From assembly GCA_963675755.2 (NCBI GenBank), contig CAXXMD010000002.1:768001-832000 (forward strand): a stretch of DNA of 64,000 nt, given 5' to 3'. The notes under the pieces were generated by a model. That model was not told where the DNA came from. It saw only the letters and a list, made by a program, of their open reading frames with translations, and searched no databases. A program made the position numbers and the translations under genes. The stretch comes from a bacterium (GTDB taxonomy: Bacteria; Zhuqueibacterota; Zhuqueibacteria; Residuimicrobiales; Krinioviventaceae). Below are positions 37,677 to 47,515 of the stretch, in pieces. The stretch's first letter is position 1, and each line of letters starts with the position of its first letter.

Positions 37677-40061
37677 TCAAGTGAGTTTGAATATCAGCAT
37701 AGTCATATCGTCATGCTGTGGCGATGATTTTGTAAAAGCTTTAACTTTAACATTTATAAAATCAAGTAATTCTTTTGCTGTAGCATCATGATTATTGTGA
37801 ACAATTTCCTCAAGCATGGCTTCACTGAATTCGTGGTGATCTTTGTCCATAGCTTCTGAAAATCCATCTGTATAAAGAACCAATACATCACCTTTTGAAA
37901 GTGATACTGATTCTTCGGTTATAATTTTTTCAAATACAGGGCCTTTATCTAAACCAAGAGCCAGTCCGGGCGGACAAATAGTGCGTGTTTCATGATTACT
38001 TTTAAATATTAAAGGATTGTGCCCTGCTCTGGCGAATGTAAAAGTATATTTTTCAAGATCAAATACACCATAGATCATACTTATAAAATGACTTCTTTCA
38101 ACATTTTCATAAAACAGACTGTTGATTTCTGTCAAAACTTTTTGGGGCGAAAAAAGAGTTCGGGTTAATGACCGAATAAAACCTTTGGTCAAAGTCATAT
38201 AAAACGCTGCCGAAATACCTTTACCGGAAACATCGCCTATTACAATGCCCAGCTTTTTGTCACTATATTGAATAAAATCATAATAGTCGCCTCCTACTTC
38301 TTCAGCAGGATAGCAGATGCTGGCAATCTCCAGATTATTGATATGTGGATGAGAACGTGGTAAAAAATTGAGTTGTACGCGTTTCGCAATCTCAAGTTCT
38401 CTTTTTAAACGTTCCCTGTCGAGAATTCGCTTTACATGTTTGGGTGTAAATTGCACCAAATCATCTTTGCTTAAATCATTGCGAATTCCAATTAAAGAAC
38501 TGAATGCCATAATGAGTATTATCAACAGGAAAACACTCCCAGCCAGAACAAATGCCAAATGTTCAAAATGAAACATGCGGAGAGCTTCAAAAGTCAGTAA
38601 ATATACAAAATATGTTGTCAAAGAAGTCAAAAAATCATATTTCATAAATATGATTACAAAATATATTCCGGATATAAAATAAAACAAAGCGATAAACCAG
38701 GCAGGAGATGCTACAATATCATTAGGATTCGAACGTAATGCCCAAAATATTGCAACAATGAGAACAATCCATCTTTTCTTTGCGAAAAATCGTGCAAAAA
38801 AAGATGACAAAAATAAAACAAAAACAAATTGGATCCATATAGTCTCAGTAATAATCTTGCCAATTCTAAACAAAAACGGTGAATGACTATTAAGATCACG
38901 TATATCACTGCTGTATGGTACAAAATCAATAAATGTGAAAGATTGTGCTAGTTTGAACAATAAAATTGAAAAACCGGCAAAAATAATTCCCAAAGCGATT
39001 CCATGCAAGACAGATGATCCGGTAAAAGGATTGTAGAGTTTTCGATTTGTTGCGAGATCAAAGCTGAACAACTTTTCGTTCCAGGCATCACGTGTAATGG
39101 CATCAGCACAAGAGACAACAATTACACAAATAAAACCAGAAAACAAGGGTCCCAATATTAAACCACCCACCATTCTGCCTGTATCAACAGTTTGTGGCTG
39201 GAGCAAGAATTCTAATAAAACGGAAATAAACATCAAAATACCAAGAGGCAAAGCAGATTTAAGAGAAAGCTCATCATCCCTTAGCTTTTTAATAAAAATA
39301 TAGATAAAAGCACCGCTTATAACCAGGAATAATAACAGAACTGAAAACATTCGGTTCATAAAAGAACCTTCATCTGCTATATTTTCATAAACAAATTCGT
39401 AACGTCCAACCTTATCACCAATAAGATCAATTTCAATATTAACTGGAAGTTCAGCAATTTCACCAATACTGTAAATGACGGAATAATCTGTACGGGTATC
39501 CCGGGTTTGCTGCTTAATTCGTAAAAACTCAGTTTTACTACCAAATTTAGCAGCAATTAAAGAATCTGCAATTAATTTGGCAGTTTCCTGACTTATGCTT
39601 GACAGCATACTATCTTCGTAAGCTTCAATCCAGAATGATATTTCTTCTCCTGATTGATTTAGATTCAAACCAATCCTTTTAATCCAACCCGGGAAATCAT
39701 TATTTATTAGAGAATTCGAATCTAAAGAAGCATTAGCATTGGTCGTCCACATAATTGACCAATAATATGCAGGTAGATTGTGTGACATGTAATATTCAAC
39801 ACTGTCATAATCAGTAAAATATTTACTGATATACCGAAGTAAACCTTTTCTGACTCTTAATTCAGTGACAATTTCATTGTCACCTGAAGAATATCCCCAT
39901 TCAGCAAGGCTTTGTTCCGCAAGCTGTTCAATTTGATCACGATTTAATTTAAAAGACAGATGCGCAGATGGAAACAGTAATGAATACCATGAAACAAGTA
40001 TGGAGACTGCTATAACGGTAAATAGTAGGTATACTAGAGTTTTAGAGTTGATATTTTTCAT
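37677..40061 (-). CDS. polytopic membrane PP2C phosphatase with N-terminal extracytoplasmic domain
   Basis: N-terminal TM, about 200 aa soluble domain, many TM helices, then GGDYYD, DVSGKG, YTDG, DDMT. Confidence 0.9.
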   Translation of the reverse strand: MKNINSKTLVYLLFTVIAVSILVSWYSLLFPSAHLSFKLNRDQIEQLAEQSLAEWGYSSGDNEIVTELRVRKGLLRYISKYFTDYDSVEYYMSHNLPAYYWSIMWTTNANASLDSNSLINNDFPGWIKRIGLNLNQSGEEISFWIEAYEDSMLSSISQETAKLIADSLIAAKFGSKTEFLRIKQQTRDTRTDYSVIYSIGEIAELPVNIEIDLIGDKVGRYEFVYENIADEGSFMNRMFSVLLLFLVISGAFIYIFIKKLRDDELSLKSALPLGILMFISVLLEFLLQPQTVDTGRMVGGLILGPLFSGFICVIVVSCADAITRDAWNEKLFSFDLATNRKLYNPFTGSSVLHGIALGIIFAGFSILLFKLAQSFTFIDFVPYSSDIRDLNSHSPFLFRIGKIITETIWIQFVFVLFLSSFFARFFAKKRWIVLIVAIFWALRSNPNDIVASPAWFIALFYFISGIYFVIIFMKYDFLTSLTTYFVYLLTFEALRMFHFEHLAFVLAGSVFLLIILIMAFSSLIGIRNDLSKDDLVQFTPKHVKRILDRERLKRELEIAKRVQLNFLPRSHPHINNLEIASICYPAEEVGGDYYDFIQYSDKKLGIVIGDVSGKGISAAFYMTLTKGFIRSLTRTLFSPQKVLTEINSLFYENVERSHFISMIYGVFDLEKYTFTFARAGHNPLIFKSNHETRTICPPGLALGLDKGPVFEKIITEESVSLSKGDVLVLYTDGFSEAMDKDHHEFSEAMLEEIVHNNHDATAKELLDFINVKVKAFTKSSPQHDDMTMLIFKLT

Positions 40062-40078
40062 CTGCTTTAGAATTAGAA

Positions 40079-40360
40079 TTAACCGGCGTTATAGACATCT
40101 GTAACAATCCTGAAAATCTTCAGAACGTCTCCTTTAATTTCTGTTGCCCCAAATAATTTTGTTGCCTCGAGAGCAATTTTCCAATCCATTTCTGAAACAG
40201 ATAACAGATTTATTTTATCAAATCTGCCTAAAACTTTTTTGTACAAGGTTAATTTGTCAGCGGGAATTTTGGCTTCATTTTTAACCAAGTATTCTTTCAT
40301 ACGATTTGTACATGAAGCTAATAATTTTTGACTTTCAATTATCTCTTTCTGGCTGAGCAT
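40079..40360 (-). CDS. hypothetical protein
   Basis: 93 aa ORF with AAGGA RBS filling the gap on the same strand as its neighbours. Confidence 0.55.
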   Translation of the reverse strand: MLSQKEIIESQKLLASCTNRMKEYLVKNEAKIPADKLTLYKKVLGRFDKINLLSVSEMDWKIALEATKLFGATEIKGDVLKIFRIVTDVYNAG

Positions 40361-40451
40361 ATACTGCTTCCTTGTTTTTCAAACAATTTTTTAATTGAAT
40401 TCAACATAAGTTACACAAATACATTAATTTAATCAAGCAAAATCAAACATT

Positions 40452-41024
40452 TTATTTACCGGGTTCGGTAAATATTTGAGCAGAAAAAATAAAAATATCC
40501 GCATTTTGATCTTTCCAGGCACTTTCCTTCAACCCTGCTTTTATACAGGTATGCTGTAAAAAAGTTTCAACATCCCACTCATTTTCTGTTGCAACCTGTG
40601 GTAATAAAAGACCTCTACGATAACCTTTTTCAATATAAAGCCCATGTTCACCAATGTGAATCTCTTCAATAGATGATAAGCGGTGCATAGGTGTTAAAAC
40701 TGATATCTCTATTTCCAAATCATCAACTTCATGCTTTTCAACGGGATCAAAGCGAGGATCACGCAATGCAGCAGCTTCTGCCATCTCCATTATCGTTTCA
40801 AGCAATGGTTTAACTGCCTGCACATACCCTATACATCCACGCAGTTGTTTATTTTTATGTAAAGTTACAAATGCACCAAATTTTTCATTAAATACAGTGT
40901 GTTGATAATCTTTATTCATTACAGGACGCTGTTGGTGAGTAACTGCTCCAATAGTTTCTCTGGCAATTTGTAATAATGTTGTTTGTTCTTCAAGACTTAG
41001 AATATCTATTACCTGACTATTCAT
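40452..41024 (-). CDS. amrA: AmmeMemoRadiSam system protein A (AMMECR1 domain)
   Basis: GAFVTL, LRGCIG, DPRF, EISVL, LLLPQVA, KAGL motifs. Confidence 0.92.
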   Translation of the reverse strand: MNSQVIDILSLEEQTTLLQIARETIGAVTHQQRPVMNKDYQHTVFNEKFGAFVTLHKNKQLRGCIGYVQAVKPLLETIMEMAEAAALRDPRFDPVEKHEVDDLEIEISVLTPMHRLSSIEEIHIGEHGLYIEKGYRRGLLLPQVATENEWDVETFLQHTCIKAGLKESAWKDQNADIFIFSAQIFTEPGK

Positions 41025-41050
41025 GATATTCTCCTCTTTTTATATAAATA

Positions 41051-42511
41051 TTATTCTTCAAATACCTGGGTTTTATATACCCAGAATTCTGCTCCATCTT
41101 TCCATGCATTTCGATCCAAGCCGGCTTTTCTGCAAAGACTTGACATTTCTTCATCAACAGTTTTCCAGCCAGCCTCAATAGGCACTTCGGGTAAATATGT
41201 TGCTCGTTTTCCATCCTTTATTAATATAATACCTTGTTTACCCATTTTAAATTCCGTGATTGAATTAATTTTATAGACATTACTCAAATAAACAGATATT
41301 TTGATGTGGATTTTATCAAATTCATCAGGCGTTAGCGGTGCAAACCGCGGATCTCCAAAGGCAGCAGATACAGCCATATGAGGTACAAGTTCATTCAAAG
41401 GACGATCTGATTCATGCTGCCCAATGCAGCCGCGTAACATTCCATCAATGGTTAATGTAACAAAAACACCACGCTTCTCTGTCATCTCATCAGTTTTGGG
41501 TTCAAAAGAAGTCAGTTTTCCCGTTCGCATATAACCCAAAATGCTCTCACGGGCTATTTTTAACAACTCTTTTTGGGTTTCCTGATTAATTGTATGGTAT
41601 TCGATTTTTCCCAAAGTGGATTTTGAAAAAACTATAGCACCATATCCTACAACATATCCTTCTTTAACTCCCATTACATCATTAGAATTGGTTCTAGCCT
41701 GCAAGGTTGCTTTATATTCTCCCATCTGCTGCAAAGCAACCTGCATGATAACTACGGGTGCACCTCCGCAGGCTTGAAATTTATCATTTAACAAACCTTC
41801 ACACAATCGTTTTGGCTTTAAATCCATAATCGCATCAAGTGTATTTTTGTCTGTTTTATTACATTCTTTATAAGATTGTCCATGATATAAATCTGTACTG
41901 GCAACGATTAACACATTTTTATTTTTAACAGTATTAAATATTGCATCCCCAATGGATTTGCATTGTTCCCAATTAAATCCACCTACCACAATGGGTACAA
42001 TAGGAGTTTTAGGAAAAAGTTTCTGAATAAAAGGTAATTGCACTTCTATTGCATGCTCTTCCCTGTGACCCAGGATAGAAAATTGAATGAACTCACTTTT
42101 TTCTACGATTTCATTGGCAACGGATTTGTCTATATTAACATTGCCTAATGGTGTTTCGTACATATCACCATTATATACAGTTGCTCCATAAAAGGGATCG
42201 CGATGACTGGGAGCCATTACGATTATAAAATCATAGGTGTTCCCTTTCAGGCACTTGTATGCCTGTGCAGCGGTTTGGGCAGAAAATCGATACCCTGCAT
42301 GTGGAACCATAATGGCATCAATTTCCCCATCCGGCTTTTGAGCAGGATCTCCCGATAACAATTCATCCAAAAATTCACTTAATTGTAATGGATCTTCAGG
42401 ATAAAAGCTACCGGCAACAGCAGATTTCCGTGTTATATCTGCAAATAAAAAATTTGAATAGAAAAAAAACAAGATTAGAATGAAAGAATAGACCTTTAGT
42501 AAGGTTTTCAT
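41051..42511 (-). CDS. amrB: AmmeMemoRadiSam protein B (MEMO1) fused to AMMECR1, with N-terminal signal peptide
   Basis: Hydrophobic signal ending LFA; AVAGSFYP, PHAGY, PSH, EHAIEVQLPF, STDLYH, CGG; then GVFVTL..LRGCIG, DPRF, YLPEV. Confidence 0.9.
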   Translation of the reverse strand: MKTLLKVYSFILILFFFYSNFLFADITRKSAVAGSFYPEDPLQLSEFLDELLSGDPAQKPDGEIDAIMVPHAGYRFSAQTAAQAYKCLKGNTYDFIIVMAPSHRDPFYGATVYNGDMYETPLGNVNIDKSVANEIVEKSEFIQFSILGHREEHAIEVQLPFIQKLFPKTPIVPIVVGGFNWEQCKSIGDAIFNTVKNKNVLIVASTDLYHGQSYKECNKTDKNTLDAIMDLKPKRLCEGLLNDKFQACGGAPVVIMQVALQQMGEYKATLQARTNSNDVMGVKEGYVVGYGAIVFSKSTLGKIEYHTINQETQKELLKIARESILGYMRTGKLTSFEPKTDEMTEKRGVFVTLTIDGMLRGCIGQHESDRPLNELVPHMAVSAAFGDPRFAPLTPDEFDKIHIKISVYLSNVYKINSITEFKMGKQGIILIKDGKRATYLPEVPIEAGWKTVDEEMSSLCRKAGLDRNAWKDGAEFWVYKTQVFEE

Positions 42512-42575
42512 TTCAGACTCCCAACATATAACATATTATAATATATAGAATATAGGCGATATAGCAAGAAAATTA

Positions 42576-43709
42576 TTATTGCCAAACACCAGCAATAGCT
42601 TGCCCGCAATAAGCGCAATTACCATCATGCATATGATTTTCAGTAACTTTGAAGCCTTTACGTCCAATCAACAATTTTCCGCAATCCGGGCAATAGGTAT
42701 TTTCTCCTTTATCACCAGGTATATTTCCGGTATACACAAATTGTAAACCGCTATCAATACCAATCTGACGAGCGGTTTGTAAGGTTTTTATAGGTGTAGA
42801 TGGCACATTTTTCAAGCGGTATTGTGGATGAAATCTGGAAAAATGTACCGGTGTTTCGGGCCCCAATTCAGAGGCAATCCATTTACACATTTCCGATAAT
42901 TCGTTGGGATCATCATTTTGGCCGGGGATTACAAGATACACAATTTCGGTCCACATATTGTTGTGTTTGAGCAAAACCAACGTATCCAATACCGGACGGA
43001 GCTCTCCTGATACCAACTCTTTATAAAAACGTTCGGTAAATGCTTTTAAATCAATTTTGACCGCATCCAACACCTCAACAAGATCTCGCATTGGCTCTGG
43101 TTTGATATAACCATTAGAGATCATAACACTTTTAATCCCCTTTTCACGCCCCTTAACGGCCGAATCGTACATATATTCTGTAAAGATAACCGGCTCCGTA
43201 TATGTATATGCAATAGATTTACATTGGTAAACATCTGCCAGGTCAGCAACTTTTGTCGGGGACATATCATAATTTCGAATTTGTTCAGGACGAGATTGAG
43301 ATATTTCCCAGTTTTGGCAGAATTTGCAAAACACATTACAACCTGCGGTTGCAATTGAAAATGCCAATGTGCCAGGCAAAAAATGAGACAAGGGCTTTTT
43401 CTCGATAGGATCAACATTAGCTGAACAAGGTTTACCATAGACCAGGGTATAATATGTTCCATTTTGGTTTTCACGAACACCACAATACCCTCTCTCCAAA
43501 TCATCAATTACACATTCACGGGGACACAATTGGCATTGTATTTTACGGTTATCCAGTTTTTTATAATATCTTGCTTCAACAAGCTTAAAGTCTTGCTTCA
43601 AGCTAGCACCATAACCATTTACAGACAAGTTTAAAGCAGTTGAGCATACCCCAAAAGCACAAGCCGAGCAAGTTGTTTTAAGATAATCTCGTCTTGATAT
43701 TTTTTTCAT
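42576..43709 (-). CDS. amrS: AmmeMemoRadiSam radical SAM enzyme with twin-arginine leader
   Basis: SRRDYLK leader; CQLCPREC, DPIEKKPL, GCNVFCKFCQNWEISQ, YTYTEP, HFSRFHP, CPDC...CAYC. Confidence 0.92.
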   Translation of the reverse strand: MKKISRRDYLKTTCSACAFGVCSTALNLSVNGYGASLKQDFKLVEARYYKKLDNRKIQCQLCPRECVIDDLERGYCGVRENQNGTYYTLVYGKPCSANVDPIEKKPLSHFLPGTLAFSIATAGCNVFCKFCQNWEISQSRPEQIRNYDMSPTKVADLADVYQCKSIAYTYTEPVIFTEYMYDSAVKGREKGIKSVMISNGYIKPEPMRDLVEVLDAVKIDLKAFTERFYKELVSGELRPVLDTLVLLKHNNMWTEIVYLVIPGQNDDPNELSEMCKWIASELGPETPVHFSRFHPQYRLKNVPSTPIKTLQTARQIGIDSGLQFVYTGNIPGDKGENTYCPDCGKLLIGRKGFKVTENHMHDGNCAYCGQAIAGVWQ

Positions 43710-44704
43710 AATTGAATCAGCTCAATATTGTTCATGTTATTTGTGCCCAATTTGTGATTTTCGTCAGCAGCAGTTTGAATATAGATCGGCTCACGACCAA
43801 CCTCTTTTAAAGTTGGGAAACCTTTTTCTCGTCGTTTTTGCTCAATAACATCCCAGGCAAATGTATCCATAGCAACAGGATCCGTACCCAATACAAGACT
43901 GTTCATATTCCATGTCCATTGAGGCATATATGGAGGACCACCCTCATATTGTGGGGTAATTGCATCACAAATAATGAGCCGGGTTTTATTACGAATAATG
44001 GGTAACATATTCACATCCGCAACATATGGATCACCTACATTATCATGATATTTATTGGGATTATTGATGACACCAAAATTATTTTTCATTGCTGCACTGA
44101 CACCTACAATACCATGATCCTTAAGTATAGGTATATTGATTATTGCAGTGCATTGTTGTTCAAGAATCAGGGAAATCAAACTTGCTACGGATCCATATTC
44201 ATACAATTCACGAGAAAATCCCGTTTTATTTGATCCATAACACTGAACTTTGCGCCTTCCCTGGTATAATTTGTAACCTGCTCGCTCCAAGTCACGATCA
44301 TGTCGGTCCCATACAATAATATGATTTGCTGGAATACCAATTTTTTGCAATTTCAATGAAATAGCTTCAACCAATTCTATATTTGTGGAAAGACCGCGCC
44401 CTGCAAGACAATTAACTTTTAATCCAACGATGTCATCTTTTGCGAAAAGCTGGTTCCATACATCATCAGCAGGTAAATCATAAAGTTTGCTTATACCTGA
44501 ATCCAATAATTGAACAAGATTTTGAACAGAAATCCCCTGTTTTGACAATAATTCATTTTGATTTGCACAAACAATACGTGATTTCATGGAACCATTTGCA
44601 ACACTAGGATTTGCTATTGTATTTGCAAAAAGTCCAGTACTATGTAATGCGCCTGCCGCCCCGGCAGTGAGTGTTGTGTTGAGAAATTCTCTACGATCGA
44701 GCAT
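43706..44704 (-). CDS. Tat-exported DUF362 domain protein
   Basis: DRREFL leader; VGLKVN, INIPILKDH..GVSAAMKN.FG, DPVAMD motifs. Confidence 0.85.
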   Translation of the reverse strand: MLDRREFLNTTLTAGAAGALHSTGLFANTIANPSVANGSMKSRIVCANQNELLSKQGISVQNLVQLLDSGISKLYDLPADDVWNQLFAKDDIVGLKVNCLAGRGLSTNIELVEAISLKLQKIGIPANHIIVWDRHDRDLERAGYKLYQGRRKVQCYGSNKTGFSRELYEYGSVASLISLILEQQCTAIINIPILKDHGIVGVSAAMKNNFGVINNPNKYHDNVGDPYVADVNMLPIIRNKTRLIICDAITPQYEGGPPYMPQWTWNMNSLVLGTDPVAMDTFAWDVIEQKRREKGFPTLKEVGREPIYIQTAADENHKLGTNNMNNIELIQL

Positions 44705-44722
44705 ATTTTAATATCTCCAAAC

Positions 44723-44760
44723 AAAAAAACCGTGATCGATTTGAACACGGTTTTTATTTT
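44723..44760. terminator. intrinsic terminator
   Basis: aaaaaaaccgtg-N-cacggttttt hairpin with flanking A and T runs. Confidence 0.65.
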
Positions 44761-44779
44761 AGATATTTATAATTTACAA

Positions 44780-47146
44780 TTATCTCAGAAAACGTTCAAC
44801 CAATTTTTTAAATCCGGTTTTGGTAAAATCCGCATCGGCAAAATAATCTGAAGCAAGCTGACTGTTATCCTGAGATGGATTTGCTTGTGGTTCAGGCTCA
44901 ATTTCAGGCGGTTCCGGAGGTTCTGGAATACTAGTGTCAAAAGCTGTTGTATTTTCAGGTGTAGTATTGTATTCAACATTAGCAAGATCATTAAATGTTG
45001 AACCATTTCCGCCTTCGTCTTCTATTTCTTCCTGATTATAATCCTGAATATTGTCATTAACTTCTGTTGGATCATTAAACACAGATTGTTGAACTGTCTG
45101 CACAACAGGTTGGTGTACTACAGGCTCAGTATTGTATGAATGTGAAGAACTGGATAATTTCTGAGGTTCTGCTTTTTGTACCAGTTGAGGAGCCTGAATC
45201 TGCTCTTTAGCTTGAACATACATGACACGGTTATCAATAGCTATTGCAATTTGATTTGCAAGTATTTCCAGGGTATGCAGGGTATCTTTATTTGGCATTC
45301 TGCAATCATTCGGATCATCAGCCATTAAAAATCCAATGATTTTCTCTTCTTTGGACTTTATGGGTACAATGACTACAGCCCAGTTTGGCCAGCCACCTTC
45401 ATAATACTCACCTTCTTCTGAACCATAATAAATGCGTTTTAAATGATCAAATACCGGTTCCTGATTCTGAACCAGATATGATTTGCCTTGTAGATAATCT
45501 TTGCGTAATAATTGACTGTATTCTTTGAGATTATAATTTAATTCCTTGATCTGAGCCAGTTTTATCTTGTCATCACATGCTACGGCTTTGGTTTCAAGCA
45601 TACCACTCTTTTTACTGATCAAGACAAGAGAAACAAGGTTGAAATCCAATGAAAATTTGACTGACCAGACAACTTCTTTGAGTAATTCACTCAAACTGTA
45701 ATACAATTTAAATACATTACTGTTAACCAGAATCTGTTTCATGCGACGGTTGCGACGTTCAAGTGTAGAAATACGATAGTAATTTTCAACCGTAACGGAA
45801 ACCAGCCTGCTGAATAATTCCAGATTGTAAAAAGTGGATTTTGTAGGTGTATTACCTTCACCCGGCTCGTCCAAAGATATATAACCAAAGGTATTGTTGT
45901 TTTTATCAGCAAGATTCAGGATAATCAGGTCACGTTTATGCCATTGTGCAATGGGCGATGTTTCCTGAGAATCATTTTTAACCAGTTCATTATTCAAGTG
46001 ACTTGCTAACTGGCGACGTTCTTTGTTGTGATAAATCACCTTAATGCGAGATTTATCTGCAAATACTTTATCAATAACACGCTGGGGAACTTCAATATTG
46101 TCTTTTGAGGAATTTTCTCGCGCAGAATAACCTACCATTGCCTGTTTTACATATGCATGCTTGCGCGGATCCAAAAGCGCAACGGTTGATCGTTTAAATC
46201 CAAAAACCTGGCATACCAATTCCGAAAGATTTTTTAACAAGACTTCAATAGATTCAGAATAACTACGATGAATGATATCAATTACTTCTGATATCATTTG
46301 TTTTTGATCAACAGTTTTTTGTACTACAAAGGTACCGGAAGATTTTACATGGACTTTGACAAGGTTTCCACGAAATCCAATGACATGATTTTTATCATTA
46401 TCGTCATAAATGAGAGAAATTTGTAATTTTGCAGGTATCTTTTCACCGGTTTTTGCAATAACATACACTTCAAATGACATTGCCGGTTTTTTAATTGCAA
46501 CATTGAGGATCTTGTTGAAAAAATCAGTATCATCAACAGATGCAAGTACATCATCGATAGTTAATTCCAGTAATTCAGCATTAGTATATCCTGCTACATC
46601 TTCAATATATTCATTAGCGGAAAGAAAACGGCGCTTACGGTCACAAACAAAATAACCAATTTCACCACTTTGTACATGCGGGATATCTGTTTCAAGTAAA
46701 TTTTTGGGTTCTTCAACTTCTATAATAGGCAGTTCATCATGAACCGGCATGGGTTCTGGCAAGGGTTCATCGGGATGGACTTTGAACTCGGCTGCTCGTT
46801 TGAGGCTTTCTGATAATGCAGAAAGATAGCCTTTCTTTTTGACAACAAATTCAAAAACACCCAAATTTTGCACATCCTGAAAAATCTGTTCATCATCTTC
46901 ATTTACAGTCAAGATGGTTGGATGAATACGACTGATCTTTTTAAGCGTTTCCGTAAAAGAATCATGATGTCCATTAGCCAGTTCACTGTCAATTAACAAA
47001 ATATCAAATTCTACATTCGTAAACTGTTCCTGCACTTCCTTTAAAGAAGTTGCTCCAATTGGATTATATTCATCATTTTGTACGCTTATGACCTGTCGGG
47101 TTGCTTCTACATATGAGGCATTCGGATGCGCTATTGATATTTTCAT
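44780..47146 (-). CDS. receiver-like-PAS-GAF-GAF sensory protein with no recognisable output domain
   Basis: Likely start MKISIAH at 47146; DILLID receiver-like segment; PAS (SANEYIEDVAGYTNAELL); two GAF domains (ending LEILANQIAIAIDN); acidic Pro/Gln tail. Confidence 0.75.
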   Translation of the reverse strand: MKISIAHPNASYVEATRQVISVQNDEYNPIGATSLKEVQEQFTNVEFDILLIDSELANGHHDSFTETLKKISRIHPTILTVNEDDEQIFQDVQNLGVFEFVVKKKGYLSALSESLKRAAEFKVHPDEPLPEPMPVHDELPIIEVEEPKNLLETDIPHVQSGEIGYFVCDRKRRFLSANEYIEDVAGYTNAELLELTIDDVLASVDDTDFFNKILNVAIKKPAMSFEVYVIAKTGEKIPAKLQISLIYDDNDKNHVIGFRGNLVKVHVKSSGTFVVQKTVDQKQMISEVIDIIHRSYSESIEVLLKNLSELVCQVFGFKRSTVALLDPRKHAYVKQAMVGYSARENSSKDNIEVPQRVIDKVFADKSRIKVIYHNKERRQLASHLNNELVKNDSQETSPIAQWHKRDLIILNLADKNNNTFGYISLDEPGEGNTPTKSTFYNLELFSRLVSVTVENYYRISTLERRNRRMKQILVNSNVFKLYYSLSELLKEVVWSVKFSLDFNLVSLVLISKKSGMLETKAVACDDKIKLAQIKELNYNLKEYSQLLRKDYLQGKSYLVQNQEPVFDHLKRIYYGSEEGEYYEGGWPNWAVVIVPIKSKEEKIIGFLMADDPNDCRMPNKDTLHTLEILANQIAIAIDNRVMYVQAKEQIQAPQLVQKAEPQKLSSSSHSYNTEPVVHQPVVQTVQQSVFNDPTEVNDNIQDYNQEEIEDEGGNGSTFNDLANVEYNTTPENTTAFDTSIPEPPEPPEIEPEPQANPSQDNSQLASDYFADADFTKTGFKKLVERFLR

Positions 47147-47466
47147 ATTACCTGCTACTCCAATATAATTCAGCAAAAAGCTCTGAAATTCACGAAACAA
47201 TTAACAAAAATTTGTACACATAATCAAGAAAATAGATAATAAATACTGTCGAAAAATGATGTGATTACTTTTTGCCACATTTAAAAGAAAAAATATACAA
47301 TTTTGGGTAATCGCAAATTACATTTTTGAAAAGCATTATTATCATCCATTTACTCATGTTGATTTTTATATACTTAGACATACAATTGTCTGGTTATATT
47401 TAAAACAAAATTAAATCCAACAAACATCCAATTTAAAGCAAAATCCAAGCCAAAAAGAGTATTGAC

Positions 47467-47501
47467 AAAAAAAAAGCCAGAGATTTTATAAACTCTGGCT
47501 T
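47467..47501 (-). terminator. terminator of the TrmB-led catabolic operon
   Basis: A9-gccagag-N10-ctctggc just past the small-subunit stop. Confidence 0.8.
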
Positions 47502-47515
47502 GTAATTTTCATTCA

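Noticed and set aside
47200-47466. Possible ncRNA in the AT-rich intergenic gap
   Set aside because: No GC-enriched stems or known motif beyond the terminator; a TGTG...CACA element there has the wrong spacing for a CRP site.
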